Positions 28,439 through 39,482 are shown, counted from the stretch's first letter. The stretch is DNA of 64,000 nt from Gammaproteobacteria bacterium (GCA_038106185.1 JAYODE010000002.1:166282-230281); one strand, 5' to 3'. Notes: generated from the letters alone by a model not told the origin. Numbers and translations: made by a program.

Positions 28439-29307
28439 TGCCCATTAAGATTGTTGTATTGGCGTTTGTATTGGCGGTTGGGGGGCTTCTTGGCGTCAAT
28501 TCGCTCTTTATCGTCAGTGAATTAGAGCGAGCAGTTCTGCTTGAGTTTGGACGAGTCGTGCGTGCAGATATTGAGCCAGGCTTGCATCTTAAAAAGCCGT
28601 TCATTAATGAGGTGAGAAAATTTGACGCTCGCGTGTTGACGCTTGACGCCAACCCGGAACGATTTCTGACCTTGGAAAAGAAGGCTGTGATTGTTGATTC
28701 ATTTGCAAAGTTCAGAGTCGATGATGCGCAGCGTTTCTACACGGCGACTTCCGGCGATGAACGGCGTGCTGAGGCGCTGTTGCGGCAGCGGATAAACAAC
28801 GGACTACGAAATGAAATCAGTAAGCGTAGTTTGCATGAGGTTGTGTCTGGCGAACGTGATGAACTCATGAATGTGCTGACCGCACGTCTGGACGAAGTGG
28901 CACGAGAAGAGTTGGGCGTCGAGGTCGTAGATGTTCGAGTCAAGCGAATCGATTTGCCGCCCGAAGTCAGCCAGTCGGTGTATGCGCGAATGAATACCGA
29001 GCGTGATATCGAAGCTCGCGAGCACCGCGCGCAAGGCCAGGAACTGGCCGCAGGTATTCGAGCGGATGCGAGCAAGCAGCGAGAGGTGATTCTGGCAGAA
29101 GCATATGCGGATGCGGAGTCGATTCGTGGTGATGGAGATGCTGGATCGGCGGCCTTGTATGCAGAAGCATTCAGTCGTGACCTGGAGTTTTATAAATTTT
29201 ATCGAAGCATGGCGGCTTATCAACGTACCTTCGCAGATAAGGGTGATGTATTACTGATTGATCCGAACAGTGAGTTTTTCAAGTACCTGAAGAAAAGCAA
29301 AAACTAG
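28438..29307 (+). CDS. hflC: FtsH protease modulator HflC
   Basis: 289 aa with an N-terminal TM helix and an SPFH domain. Its start overlaps the hflK stop. Confidence 0.9.
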   Translation: MPIKIVVLAFVLAVGGLLGVNSLFIVSELERAVLLEFGRVVRADIEPGLHLKKPFINEVRKFDARVLTLDANPERFLTLEKKAVIVDSFAKFRVDDAQRFYTATSGDERRAEALLRQRINNGLRNEISKRSLHEVVSGERDELMNVLTARLDEVAREELGVEVVDVRVKRIDLPPEVSQSVYARMNTERDIEAREHRAQGQELAAGIRADASKQREVILAEAYADAESIRGDGDAGSAALYAEAFSRDLEFYKFYRSMAAYQRTFADKGDVLLIDPNSEFFKYLKKSKN

Positions 29308-29328
29308 CGCAAGGCGCTGGACATCAGC

Positions 29329-29357
29329 AACCGGGAAGACATTCCCGGTTTTTTTTT
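29329..29357 (+). terminator. Rho-independent terminator after hflC
   Basis: AACCGGGAA-GACA-TTCCCGGTT forms a 9-bp stem with a 4-nt loop. It runs into a T-tract of nine. Confidence 0.75.
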
Positions 29358-29403
29358 GAACGTTCTGTGGCGCTCAGTTATGCCGTTTAGAGGGCAACCG
29401 AGT

Positions 29404-29589
29404 ATGTGGCATGATCTTGGCGTGGCGATTTGTCTGGTTTTAGTGATAGAGGGCGTTATGCCCTTTCTGTATCCTCAGCGCTGGAAGGAAATGGTCGCAG
29501 CACTCGCCAAGGTGGATGACCGAACCATGCGGCTGGCCGGGCTGGGCAGTATGGTAGTGGGTACGGCATTGCTGTACCTGATTAATTAG
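29404..29589 (+). CDS. DUF2065 small membrane protein (YjeT-like)
   Basis: From ATG 29404 the 61-aa product MWHDLGVAICLVLVIEGVMPFLYPQRWKEMV parallels E. coli YjeT. The longer ORF-track start would lie inside the terminator. Confidence 0.7.
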   Translation: MWHDLGVAICLVLVIEGVMPFLYPQRWKEMVAALAKVDDRTMRLAGLGSMVVGTALLYLIN

Positions 29590-29608
29590 ATTTTTGTAGA
29601 GGTGATGG

Positions 29609-32064
<2,456 letters not shown>

Positions 32065-32116
32065 GCGCCAAACCGCAGATTCGGCGGGTACCATGATGGG
32101 GCGAGAGTGGCGAAAA

Positions 32117-33094
32117 CTATTGCTCGCCTCTTGGCATGGACTTACGCAGCAACGGATCAAAGCCTGAGGCAACCCACTCGCCTTGGGCAGTGTTCCAGTG
32201 CGAAAAAAATCGGCGCGTGCCGGGGTCGGAATGTAGCGCCAAGCGCTCTGGAAAGAGATTCCAGTTAGTCAAGGGCGGCGAGGGTGCGCGAACATACTTG
32301 TCGGTCGTGGGGAGTGCGCTGCGAAGCCAGCCGCCGCGTGCATAATACTGGTGCCAGGTTCGGCGTGATCTGACGCCGTCACCATCCAGCCTTGTGTGAA
32401 AGGTCGCCGTGTCATAGAGAATGCAGGTACCAGCGACACCGTAAAGTGGCACTTCCTGGTATTTTTCGCCCAATCCGGCGAACGCTGCCTTTAGAGTTTC
32501 ATACCGATTGCTGCCAGGTACGACGCAAAAAGAGGGCGTGCCAGGTTCAACATCGGTGAGATAGTGGATAGCACAAAGCCAATCGCAGGGCATGTAGGGC
32601 TGGCGTACCAGGCGGTCAGCAAGCGCCTCGTCGTGATGAAAGTTCATGGTGCCCACCCCAGCGTTAGCGGGCGTCTCTCTGAAGTTGAATTCGCTGAAAC
32701 GCACCTGCTCCTCGCCGCCAAGCAGAGTCGAGACTACGGGAAATGAGCGAGGATGGCGAATAAAAGGATCCAGTTCGGGATGGTCCAGCAAGGGTTGTGA
32801 GAAGATCAAGCCTTGATTGCGATGATGGGGCTTGCGTCTCGCGCCCAGCCCCCAGGCGTCAGCTTCGGTTTGCTGGGATTGGTTGAAAAATTGATTGAGG
32901 AAATCCAGCTCGCTGTGGCTCAGGCAGTCTTTCAGGACAACAAAGCCTTGCTCGGTGAAAAATTGACAGGCGGCGTCATGATCGCTTTGCGGATCGAAAC
33001 AAGGCGGAGGCAGTTCACTGATGCGGCCAAATCCCTGGGCTGCGTTGGCAACATCACCGGCCAGATTTTCCTGTTGTTGGAGTTTGATCGACAT
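32117..33094 (-). CDS. Phytanoyl-CoA dioxygenase (PhyH) family Fe(II)/2-oxoglutarate oxygenase
   Basis: 325 aa. The N-terminal FFTEQGFVVLKDCLSHSELDFL is typical of PhyH proteins, followed by an HxD iron motif (NFHHDEA). I cannot infer a substrate. Confidence 0.55.
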   Translation of the reverse strand: MSIKLQQQENLAGDVANAAQGFGRISELPPPCFDPQSDHDAACQFFTEQGFVVLKDCLSHSELDFLNQFFNQSQQTEADAWGLGARRKPHHRNQGLIFSQPLLDHPELDPFIRHPRSFPVVSTLLGGEEQVRFSEFNFRETPANAGVGTMNFHHDEALADRLVRQPYMPCDWLCAIHYLTDVEPGTPSFCVVPGSNRYETLKAAFAGLGEKYQEVPLYGVAGTCILYDTATFHTRLDGDGVRSRRTWHQYYARGGWLRSALPTTDKYVRAPSPPLTNWNLFPERLALHSDPGTRRFFSHWNTAQGEWVASGFDPLLRKSMPRGEQ

Positions 33095-33384
33095 AGGTAT
33101 TAGCCTCTAGCGGTTATATTGGCTGTCGCCTCGAACAAGTCGGGGATTAGGCAGCGGACCAGGCGACAAGCCCAAGGTTACTCAGTATCATATCCTTCGA
33201 AACTGAACGTCAAGTCTATTGAGGTCGTGAGGCGGAGCAGATGCACCGCGCCTGAGGACGGCCAGGTTATTAGCCACAAGCCGGGAGAGTTTGTGACCTG
33301 AGAGGGCGCATCTGTAAGTCACCGGTCGAGCAGAGAGATCGAAAGGTCATGACCCAAGGCAGCAAGACGAGTAGCGGACTGAAT

Positions 33385-33464
33385 AAAGCTTAGGATGAGA
33401 AAAGCTTAGGTCTAGAAAAGCTTAGGTTCAGAAAAGCTTAGGTCTAGAAAAGCTTAGCTAGCGA
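33385..33464. repeat. Tandem repeat, 5 x 16 bp
   Basis: AAAGCTTAGGATGAGA / AAAGCTTAGGTCTAGA / AAAGCTTAGGTTCAGA / AAAGCTTAGGTCTAGA / AAAGCTTAGCTAGCGA. All five units contain the hexamer palindrome AAGCTT. Units 2 and 4 also contain TCTAGA. Confidence 0.9.
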
Positions 33465-33485
33465 AATTGCGGTTAAAAACCAGCG

Positions 33486-33521
33486 CTAAGAACGAGTCTA
33501 AGAACTAGTCTAAGAACGAGT
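33486..33521. repeat. Tandem repeat, 3 x 12 bp
   Basis: CTAAGAACGAGT / CTAAGAACTAGT / CTAAGAACGAGT, read directly. Confidence 0.9.
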
Positions 33522-33559
33522 CAAAAAACGGGGTGAGGACCATAAGTCTTAAGGAAGTA

Positions 33560-33646
33560 TGGTGCCGAGGAGAGGACTTGAACCTCCACGCCCTTGCGAG
33601 CACTAGCACCTGAAGCTAGCGTGTCTACCAATTTCACCACCTCGGC
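33560..33646 (-). tRNA. tRNA-Leu (anticodon CAG), type II, CCA encoded
   Basis: The reverse complement folds as a cloverleaf. The acceptor stem is GCCGAGG/CCTCGGC, the D stem GTG/CAC and the anticodon stem CTAGC/GCTAG with loop TTCAGGT. It has a long variable arm and a T arm GGAGG-TTCAAGT-CCTCT. It is very similar to E. coli tRNA-Leu(CAG). Confidence 0.92.
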
Positions 33647-33659
33647 AATGAGGCGCGAA

Positions 33660-33688
33660 AGATTACTAAGGCGTATCATTGCTGTCAA
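33660..33688 (-). promoter_or_regulatory. Putative sigma-70 promoter for tRNA-Leu
   Basis: On the minus strand: TTGACA, a 17-nt spacer, TAATCT, then a GC-rich discriminator (TTCGCGCC) just before the mature tRNA 5' end. Confidence 0.55.
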
Positions 33689-33705
33689 TCATACTCTGGT
33701 ATTGA

Positions 33706-36312
33706 ATGATGAAAAAAGATCCATTTCAACAACGAGAGGCGCGAAATTATGCGCAACCCATCGCGAGTCGAGAACATATTCTCGCTTGCATGGAGCAGTT
33801 TGGTGAGCCCATGGGCTTTAAAGCACTGGCGAAAACCCTGTCTCTGGAAGCGGACAGTCAGCTTGAAGCCCTGCAAAATCGGCTCAGGGCCATGGTTCGA
33901 GACGGGCAGCTGATAGTCGATCGACGCAGTATCTTTGCCATTGCCAGCAAGATGGAGTTGATTACTGGCAAGGTCTCTGCGCATCCTGACGGGTATGGTT
34001 TTCTCGTCACGCCAAAGGGTGAAGAGGACGTGTTTCTCTCTGAGCGTGAGATGCACAAGGTTTTTCATGGCGACATAGCGCAGGTGAGAGTCGCCGGGAA
34101 AGATCGACGCGGACGTCTGCAGGGCGATATCGTCGAGGTGATTGAGCGTAATACTGATCGATTGGTAGGACGAATATTCCACGAAGGCACCCTGTGCTTC
34201 GTTGAGCCGCTGAATAACCGCATTAATTTCGACATACTGCTGCCGAAAGCTAATGTGGCGCAGCAACCGGAAGGTCAGATTGTTGTCGTCAAGGTATTAG
34301 AGCACCCCAAGGGGCATGGGCATGTGACTGCCGAGATCGTCGAGGTCATGGGCGAACAGCTGACGCCTGACATGGAAGTTGGAATTGCCCTGCGAAATCA
34401 CGACATTCCGGTTGACTGGTCTGCGGAGGTTCTGCAGTTGGTCGACCGAATGCCAAGTCAGGTTCGAGACAAGGATCTGGCTGGTCGCAAAGACCTTCGA
34501 GACCTGCCGTTCGTGACGATTGATGGTGAAGACGCGCGGGATTTTGATGACGCGGTACTCTGCGAGCCACGATCTCGCGGTGGTTGGCAGCTGCGGGTTG
34601 CCATCGCTGACGTCGCCCATTATGTGGAAGTCGGCTCGGCTCTAGATCAGGCGGCATATGCCCGTGGTACCTCGGTCTACTTTCCGCAATATGTCGTCCC
34701 CATGCTGCCAGAAAAACTCTCCAACGGCCTTTGTTCGCTTAATCCCTATGTGGACCGACTGGTGATAGTCTGCGATATGCAGATTTCTGCTAAGGGTCGT
34801 GTTACTGCTTATAAATTCTATGAGGCGGTAATTCGTTCTGCGGCCCGTCTGACTTATACGGATGTGGCTCGTCAAATTAATGCGCCCGGCGACGAGTTTG
34901 ATCATCCTGAGCTGATACCGAAGCTGATGGATTTACGAAATTTGTTTGATGTTCTCATGGACCAGCGACAGGCACGGGGCGCTCTCGAATTCGAATCAAC
35001 CGAGCTACAATTTTTCTTTGACGACAAAGGCAGTGTCAACGCTATTGAACCCCGTAGTCGTAACATCGCCCACCGTATTATTGAAGAGTGCATGCTCTGC
35101 GCCAATGTCTGTGCCGCGCGATTTATTGTCAAGCATGGTAAGCCAGGTCTGTTTCGTGTGCATGAACCACCTTCTCTGGAGAAGGTTGAGTTACTCCGTG
35201 GCTTTCTCAGTCGCTTCAATGTCACGTTGGAAGATGGCGAGAACCCGTCGACTCAAGATTACCAGCAGGTTATCGCTCAATTGCGAGAGAAGAAAAACAG
35301 TCATGTGTTGCAAATGGCTTTGTTGCGCTCTATGAATCAGGCCGTTTATCAGCCCGAAAACAAGGGCCATTTTGGTCTGGGCTACAAAGAATACGCGCAC
35401 TTCACTTCGCCAATCCGGCGCTACCCAGATTTGCTGATGCATCGTCTGATCAAGAGTGTGATCCATAGCCGAACGCTGAGCGACTGGGTCTTGCGTTTTG
35501 GTCAGCCCGCGAAGGCCAGCTACTATCCTTATGAGCGCCTCGAAGTACTGGCGTTGGGTGAGCACACGTCTTTTGCAGAGCGTCGCGCGGACGCGGCGGT
35601 CTATGAGGTGCTGGAATGGATTAAGTGTGACTACATGAGCGATCGAGTTGGGGACATTCACGATGGCGTGATCACCGGCGTTGCCAAATTCGGCTTTTTC
35701 GTTGAATTAGTTGACGTGTTTGTTGAGGGTTTAGTGCATGTCAGCACCCTGGCGGGTGACTACTATCAATATGATCAGGAAAGTCAAATGCTAGTCGGTG
35801 AGCGGACGGGTATGAGCTATGGTATGGGAGATATAGTGAGTGTCCAGGTGGCGCGAGTGAATGTCACCGAGCGTAAAATGGACTTCGAGCTAATCTCTCA
35901 TGAGCCGCTGATACGTCGCCGTCATGCGCCCAAACCGCAAGTGAGTCGCGCCACACGGTCTCGAGGGAAAGCGGCGGCCAAGTCGAGTAAGGTCCATGCT
36001 GGAAAGTCGGGGGTAAAGGCTAAAGTTAAACCCAATACGCCAGTGCTCGATCAGCTGCAGGTCAAGAAACAGCGCCCAACAAATGGAAAGGTCAAGGCAA
36101 AGGGAAAAGGAAAGATAAAGGGAAAAGGAAAGATAAAAGGAGAGGCAAAAGATCAGTCGGCGCCAGCGACCAGCGCTAAGTCGAAAGCTGAATCCAAATC
36201 TGGCTTAAAGCCTGGTTCAAAAACAAATAAATCCAAGGCTCAGTCTAAACCCGCAGTAGAAGCGTTGTTTGCCCAAAAAGCCAAGATCGACAAGATGGGG
36301 CGCCGCGCATGA
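33706..36312 (+). CDS. rnr: Ribonuclease R
   Basis: 868 aa with cold-shock-like N-terminal domains, an RNB catalytic domain (DGEDARDFDDAV), an S1 domain and a Lys-rich C-terminal tail. Confidence 0.93.
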   Translation: MMKKDPFQQREARNYAQPIASREHILACMEQFGEPMGFKALAKTLSLEADSQLEALQNRLRAMVRDGQLIVDRRSIFAIASKMELITGKVSAHPDGYGFLVTPKGEEDVFLSEREMHKVFHGDIAQVRVAGKDRRGRLQGDIVEVIERNTDRLVGRIFHEGTLCFVEPLNNRINFDILLPKANVAQQPEGQIVVVKVLEHPKGHGHVTAEIVEVMGEQLTPDMEVGIALRNHDIPVDWSAEVLQLVDRMPSQVRDKDLAGRKDLRDLPFVTIDGEDARDFDDAVLCEPRSRGGWQLRVAIADVAHYVEVGSALDQAAYARGTSVYFPQYVVPMLPEKLSNGLCSLNPYVDRLVIVCDMQISAKGRVTAYKFYEAVIRSAARLTYTDVARQINAPGDEFDHPELIPKLMDLRNLFDVLMDQRQARGALEFESTELQFFFDDKGSVNAIEPRSRNIAHRIIEECMLCANVCAARFIVKHGKPGLFRVHEPPSLEKVELLRGFLSRFNVTLEDGENPSTQDYQQVIAQLREKKNSHVLQMALLRSMNQAVYQPENKGHFGLGYKEYAHFTSPIRRYPDLLMHRLIKSVIHSRTLSDWVLRFGQPAKASYYPYERLEVLALGEHTSFAERRADAAVYEVLEWIKCDYMSDRVGDIHDGVITGVAKFGFFVELVDVFVEGLVHVSTLAGDYYQYDQESQMLVGERTGMSYGMGDIVSVQVARVNVTERKMDFELISHEPLIRRRHAPKPQVSRATRSRGKAAAKSSKVHAGKSGVKAKVKPNTPVLDQLQVKKQRPTNGKVKAKGKGKIKGKGKIKGEAKDQSAPATSAKSKAESKSGLKPGSKTNKSKAQSKPAVEALFAQKAKIDKMGRRA
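36102..36137 (+). repeat. Perfect 2 x 18 bp in-frame duplication inside the rnr tail
   Basis: GGGAAAAGGAAAGATAAA occurs twice in tandem and encodes GKGKIK-GKGKIK. Confidence 0.9.
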
Positions 36313-37103
36313 AAGAAGCCCCCTTGAACGATGTGTTGTTCGGTATTAATGCCGTGGAAAGCCGGTTGCGGGTCGGAAAGCAGGGTGTCAAATCGCTCCT
36401 GGTGCGTGAAGGCCAGATGTCGCGGCGAATTGAGACCCTGGTTGAGCTGGCTGAAGCAGCAGCTATACCCGTAGAAAGAGTGACTGACAGATTGTTGACC
36501 GAGATGACCAGCATCAGTCATCAGGGCGTGGCGCTGAACGTAGCGCCACTGCAGATGCTGGGTGAAAAGGCGTTAGACACTATCCTGGAAAGGCATTCGA
36601 ACCACCTGTTGCTGCTGATATTAGATGGTGTCACAGATCCAAGAAACTTTGGCGCCTGCCTGCGCAGTGCCGCGACCCTGGGCGTTCATGGGGTCATTGT
36701 CCCAAAGGATAACAGCGCGCCTTTAACGGCTGCGGCGGCGAAAACAGCCTCCGGAGGCGCTTCGATCGTGCCTGTCGTGCAGGTTGTGAATCTCGCGCGT
36801 TGTATTGAGCAGCTGAAACAGCGGGGGATCTGGATTGTCGGGACCTTGCTGGAAGCCGAGAAAGCGCTCGATCAAGTCGATCTGACAGGTAATGTGGCGA
36901 TTGTGATGGGCTCGGAAGAACGTGGAATGCGTGATCGAACGAAAAAGTCCTGCGATTACCTGGTAAATATTCCGATGCCATTCGCAAGCTTGGGCTTTAA
37001 CGTCTCGGTAGCAACTGGTATTTGCCTGTATGAAGCCACTCGGCAACGCCAGTCTCTACACCTGCCAGGAACCGCTGCCACCCTCTCTGCCGCTGAAAAA
37101 TAG
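36309..37103 (+). CDS. rlmB: 23S rRNA (guanosine2251-2'-O)-methyltransferase
   Basis: 264 aa with SpoU/TrmH motifs (LDGVTDPRNFGACLRSA, GSEERGM, NVSVATGI). Its start overlaps the rnr stop (ATGA). Confidence 0.9.
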   Translation: MKEAPLNDVLFGINAVESRLRVGKQGVKSLLVREGQMSRRIETLVELAEAAAIPVERVTDRLLTEMTSISHQGVALNVAPLQMLGEKALDTILERHSNHLLLLILDGVTDPRNFGACLRSAATLGVHGVIVPKDNSAPLTAAAAKTASGGASIVPVVQVVNLARCIEQLKQRGIWIVGTLLEAEKALDQVDLTGNVAIVMGSEERGMRDRTKKSCDYLVNIPMPFASLGFNVSVATGICLYEATRQRQSLHLPGTAATLSAAEK

Positions 37104-37153
37104 GCTGCGCCAGCGGCGTTCTGTTTAGCGCGAACAATAAAGTCGATCAGGGT

Positions 37154-37182
37154 TTGAATTTTGAGTTGTCTGTGGCTACAAT
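37154..37182 (+). promoter_or_regulatory. Putative sigma-70 promoter of the rpsF operon
   Basis: TTGAAT, a 17-nt spacer, TACAAT. This leaves a leader of about 70 nt before the rpsF ATG, consistent with the known S6:S18 autoregulatory leader. Confidence 0.5.
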
Positions 37183-37259
37183 GCGCCCCCCAGTTTTCTC
37201 CTTGCTTCACCGCCGCGGCCTACGCGTGCTGGGAAGCATTAACCCGAAAGGAGTCTTGA

Positions 37260-37688
37260 ATGAGACATTATGAGATAGTGTTTCTGGTTCATCCTGATCA
37301 AAGCGAGCAGGTGCCAGGAATGATAGAGCGTTACTCTACCATGATTACCGATGGTGGTGGTCAGGTTCACCGTATCGAGGATTGGGGGCGTCGTCAGTTA
37401 GCCTATCCAATCAACAAAATCCACAAAGCCCACTACGCGCTCATGAATGTCGAATGCGGCAAAGAAGTGCTTGAGGAACTGAATACCGCTTTCCGCTTTA
37501 ACGATGCTGTTTTGCGCAATCTGATCATGATCCGTAAAGGTCCAGAGACGGAAGACTCTTGCATCATGAAAATCGAGCGCGAAAGCCGCGAGCGAAAAGA
37601 ACGAGACGATGTACCCGCACCTCGCGTTGCCGAGGCTGTCGTTGATGTCGACGATGTCGACGATGCCGATTTAGAAGAACTGGAATAA
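37260..37688 (+). CDS. rpsF: 30S ribosomal protein S6
   Basis: [18 protein letters not shown] is the canonical S6 N-terminus. The C-terminal tail is acidic. Confidence 0.95.
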   Translation: MRHYEIVFLVHPDQSEQVPGMIERYSTMITDGGGQVHRIEDWGRRQLAYPINKIHKAHYALMNVECGKEVLEELNTAFRFNDAVLRNLIMIRKGPETEDSCIMKIERESRERKERDDVPAPRVAEAVVDVDDVDDADLEELE

Positions 37689-37700
37689 CCGGAGAACCTC

Positions 37701-37928
37701 ATGTCACGATTTTATCGAAGAAGAAAGTTTTGCCGGTTTACTGCTGAAGGCGTCACAGAGATCGATTACAAAGATATCGAAATGCTCAAGCAATATGTTT
37801 CTGAGACCGGCAAGATCGTTCCAAGCCGTATCACTGGCACTAAGGCAAGATACCAGCGGCAATTGGCGAAGGCGGTAAAACGCGCTCGCTATCTGGCCTT
37901 GATACCTTTTACTGATGGGCATAAGTAA
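37701..37928 (+). CDS. rpsR: 30S ribosomal protein S18
   Basis: 75 aa with FRRRKFCRF and the conserved DYKD motif. Confidence 0.95.
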   Translation: MSRFYRRRKFCRFTAEGVTEIDYKDIEMLKQYVSETGKIVPSRITGTKARYQRQLAKAVKRARYLALIPFTDGHK

Positions 37929-37949
37929 TTAGCTGCGAGTCGCAAATCT

Positions 37950-37982
37950 CCCGCTAAATACCCGCTAACTTCCCGCTCAATA
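37950..37982. repeat. Tandem repeat, 3 x 11 bp
   Basis: CCCGCTAAATA / CCCGCTAACTT / CCCGCTCAATA, located between rpsR and the next gene. Confidence 0.8.
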
Positions 37983-37997
37983 CGGAGAGAATTTAGC

Positions 37998-38858
37998 ATG
38001 CGTGGCTTGGCTGAATTTGTTATGCGAGGCCGGCTTCAGGCAATCGGTGCCTGTGTAGGGCTGGCACTGTTGCCATTCGGCCACTGGTTGAGTGCTGCAG
38101 TGGTGTGTCTGGTGCTGCTACGCAGAGGTGTCAGTGAGGGCTTGGTGCTGCTGTTGTTAGCCAGCGTCCCACTCACTGTTCTGTATGTTACGACCGGTGA
38201 CCCTGGCCCCTTGATGGGACTTATGGGAATGACATGCCTGGCGTCGATTTTGCGCAGCACGCAATCCTGGTCGATGGTGTTAGGTGCAGCGGTGATGGTT
38301 GCAGGCGCCAGTAGCCTCATGTTTGAGCGTCTGGTTGCAGAAGATTTGACCAAGCTGGTGGATTGGTATCTGGCGTTTACCGCCGATGCAGGTGGGCAGC
38401 AAGAGGTAACGGCCGAGGCACAAGGTTTAGCGCGCCAGGTCATTATGGGTTTGTTTGCGATGGGTCAGGCCTATGCCATGATCAGTTTTCTGGTTCTGGC
38501 AAGATGGTGGCAAAGTCAGCTTTACAATCCTGGCGGATTGCGGGCAGAGTTCCATCAGTTGCGTTTGCCCATACCTTTAGCCGCCGTGATTGTCCTGTTA
38601 CTGGTGGTGTGTGTCTTGGTGGGTACGCCTCAAGCGCTGCGCTGGGTACCATTGTTGACGGTGCCTTTGGTGATGGCAGCGATTGGTTTGGTGCATTGGT
38701 TCGTGGCCTTGAAGGGTTTGTCCGGGCATTGGCTCGGAGGTTTTTATGTACTGTTGATAGTGATGTATCAGCTTGTTTCGCCGTTGTTGGCATCGCTGGC
38801 ACTGATGGATAGCTGGTTTGAATTGAGAAAGAAATTTCGATCTGATCGAGAGGGGTAA
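37998..38858 (+). CDS. Polytopic inner-membrane protein of unknown function, embedded in the rpsF-rpsR-rplI operon
   Basis: 286 aa with about 7 hydrophobic segments and no recognisable catalytic motif. A hypothetical membrane protein occupies the same slot in Pseudomonas, as I recall. Confidence 0.6.
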   Translation: MRGLAEFVMRGRLQAIGACVGLALLPFGHWLSAAVVCLVLLRRGVSEGLVLLLLASVPLTVLYVTTGDPGPLMGLMGMTCLASILRSTQSWSMVLGAAVMVAGASSLMFERLVAEDLTKLVDWYLAFTADAGGQQEVTAEAQGLARQVIMGLFAMGQAYAMISFLVLARWWQSQLYNPGGLRAEFHQLRLPIPLAAVIVLLLVVCVLVGTPQALRWVPLLTVPLVMAAIGLVHWFVALKGLSGHWLGGFYVLLIVMYQLVSPLLASLALMDSWFELRKKFRSDREG

Positions 38859-38861
38859 GAT

Positions 38862-39311
38862 ATGGAAGTTATTTTGTTAGAGCGTGTTGCGAACCTGGGT
38901 AATCTGGGTGATAAAGTCAACGTGAAATCTGGCTACGGGCGAAACTACCTGATGCCACAAAAGAAAGCCGTACCAGCGACGAAAGAAAATGTTGCGTCTT
39001 TTGAAGTTCGACGAATTGAGCTGCAGAAGCTGGCTGACGAAAAGTTGGCGGAATGCCGTGCTCGTGGCGAGAAAATCAGCGCATTGGAAGTGACGCTCAC
39101 CGCGAAGGCGGGCGATGAGGGCAAGTTGTTTGGCTCTATCACTGTTCGCGACATAGTGGATGCGGTTTCGGCCCTGGGCATTGAACTTGAGAAAAGCGAA
39201 GTGCGCATGCCAGAAGGTCCGATCCGTGATCTGGGTGAGCATGAAGTGGACATTCACCTGCACACAGAGGTTAATGTGAAGCTCAAAGTGGGTGTTATCG
39301 CCGAAGTCTGA
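38862..39311 (+). CDS. rplI: 50S ribosomal protein L9
   Basis: [30 protein letters not shown] is the canonical L9 N-terminus. Confidence 0.95.
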   Translation: MEVILLERVANLGNLGDKVNVKSGYGRNYLMPQKKAVPATKENVASFEVRRIELQKLADEKLAECRARGEKISALEVTLTAKAGDEGKLFGSITVRDIVDAVSALGIELEKSEVRMPEGPIRDLGEHEVDIHLHTEVNVKLKVGVIAEV

Positions 39312-39463
39312 CCTATGCCATGATCCCGGCCCGGCCAACCGCTAAGCGATTGGACAGGTCGATTGTTGGGCTTGGGATCACGCTGCGTCAGGGGTGGCGT
39401 CTGAAAGAGTGGGGTCTTGTTTGAGAGACTTCCGGTATGTTTTGCTCTTGAAAGTTTTTTTTC

Positions 39464-39482
39464 GCAGGATAGGCTATCCTGC
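39464..39482. other. 19-bp palindrome GCAGGATAG-G-CTATCCTGC, preceded by T8
   Basis: Read directly. It ends 29 nt upstream of the dnaB start. Confidence 0.6.

Noticed and set aside
33119-33301. 60-aa ORF in the purA-rnr spacer
   Set aside because: It is Arg-rich and low-complexity, overlaps the long hairpins, and has no Shine-Dalgarno. It is more likely structured non-coding DNA.
33237-33360. Possible 4.5S/SRP RNA, suggested by CCAAGGCAG and CAGGTCA-like strings
   Set aside because: Neither strand contains the conserved domain IV GGAA tetraloop with flanking symmetric-loop sequence (GGUCC-GGAA-GGAAGCAGCC). The resemblance is limited to short strings.
33385-33521. Possible CRISPR array
   Set aside because: The repeats are contiguous head-to-tail units of 16 and 12 bp with no unique spacers between them. 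No cas genes are present.
37620-37688. Acidic C-terminal tail of S6 ([14 protein letters not shown]) as something unusual
   Set aside because: Acidic, Glu-terminated S6 tails are normal in gammaproteobacteria and are the RimK substrate in E. coli. This is not anomalous.
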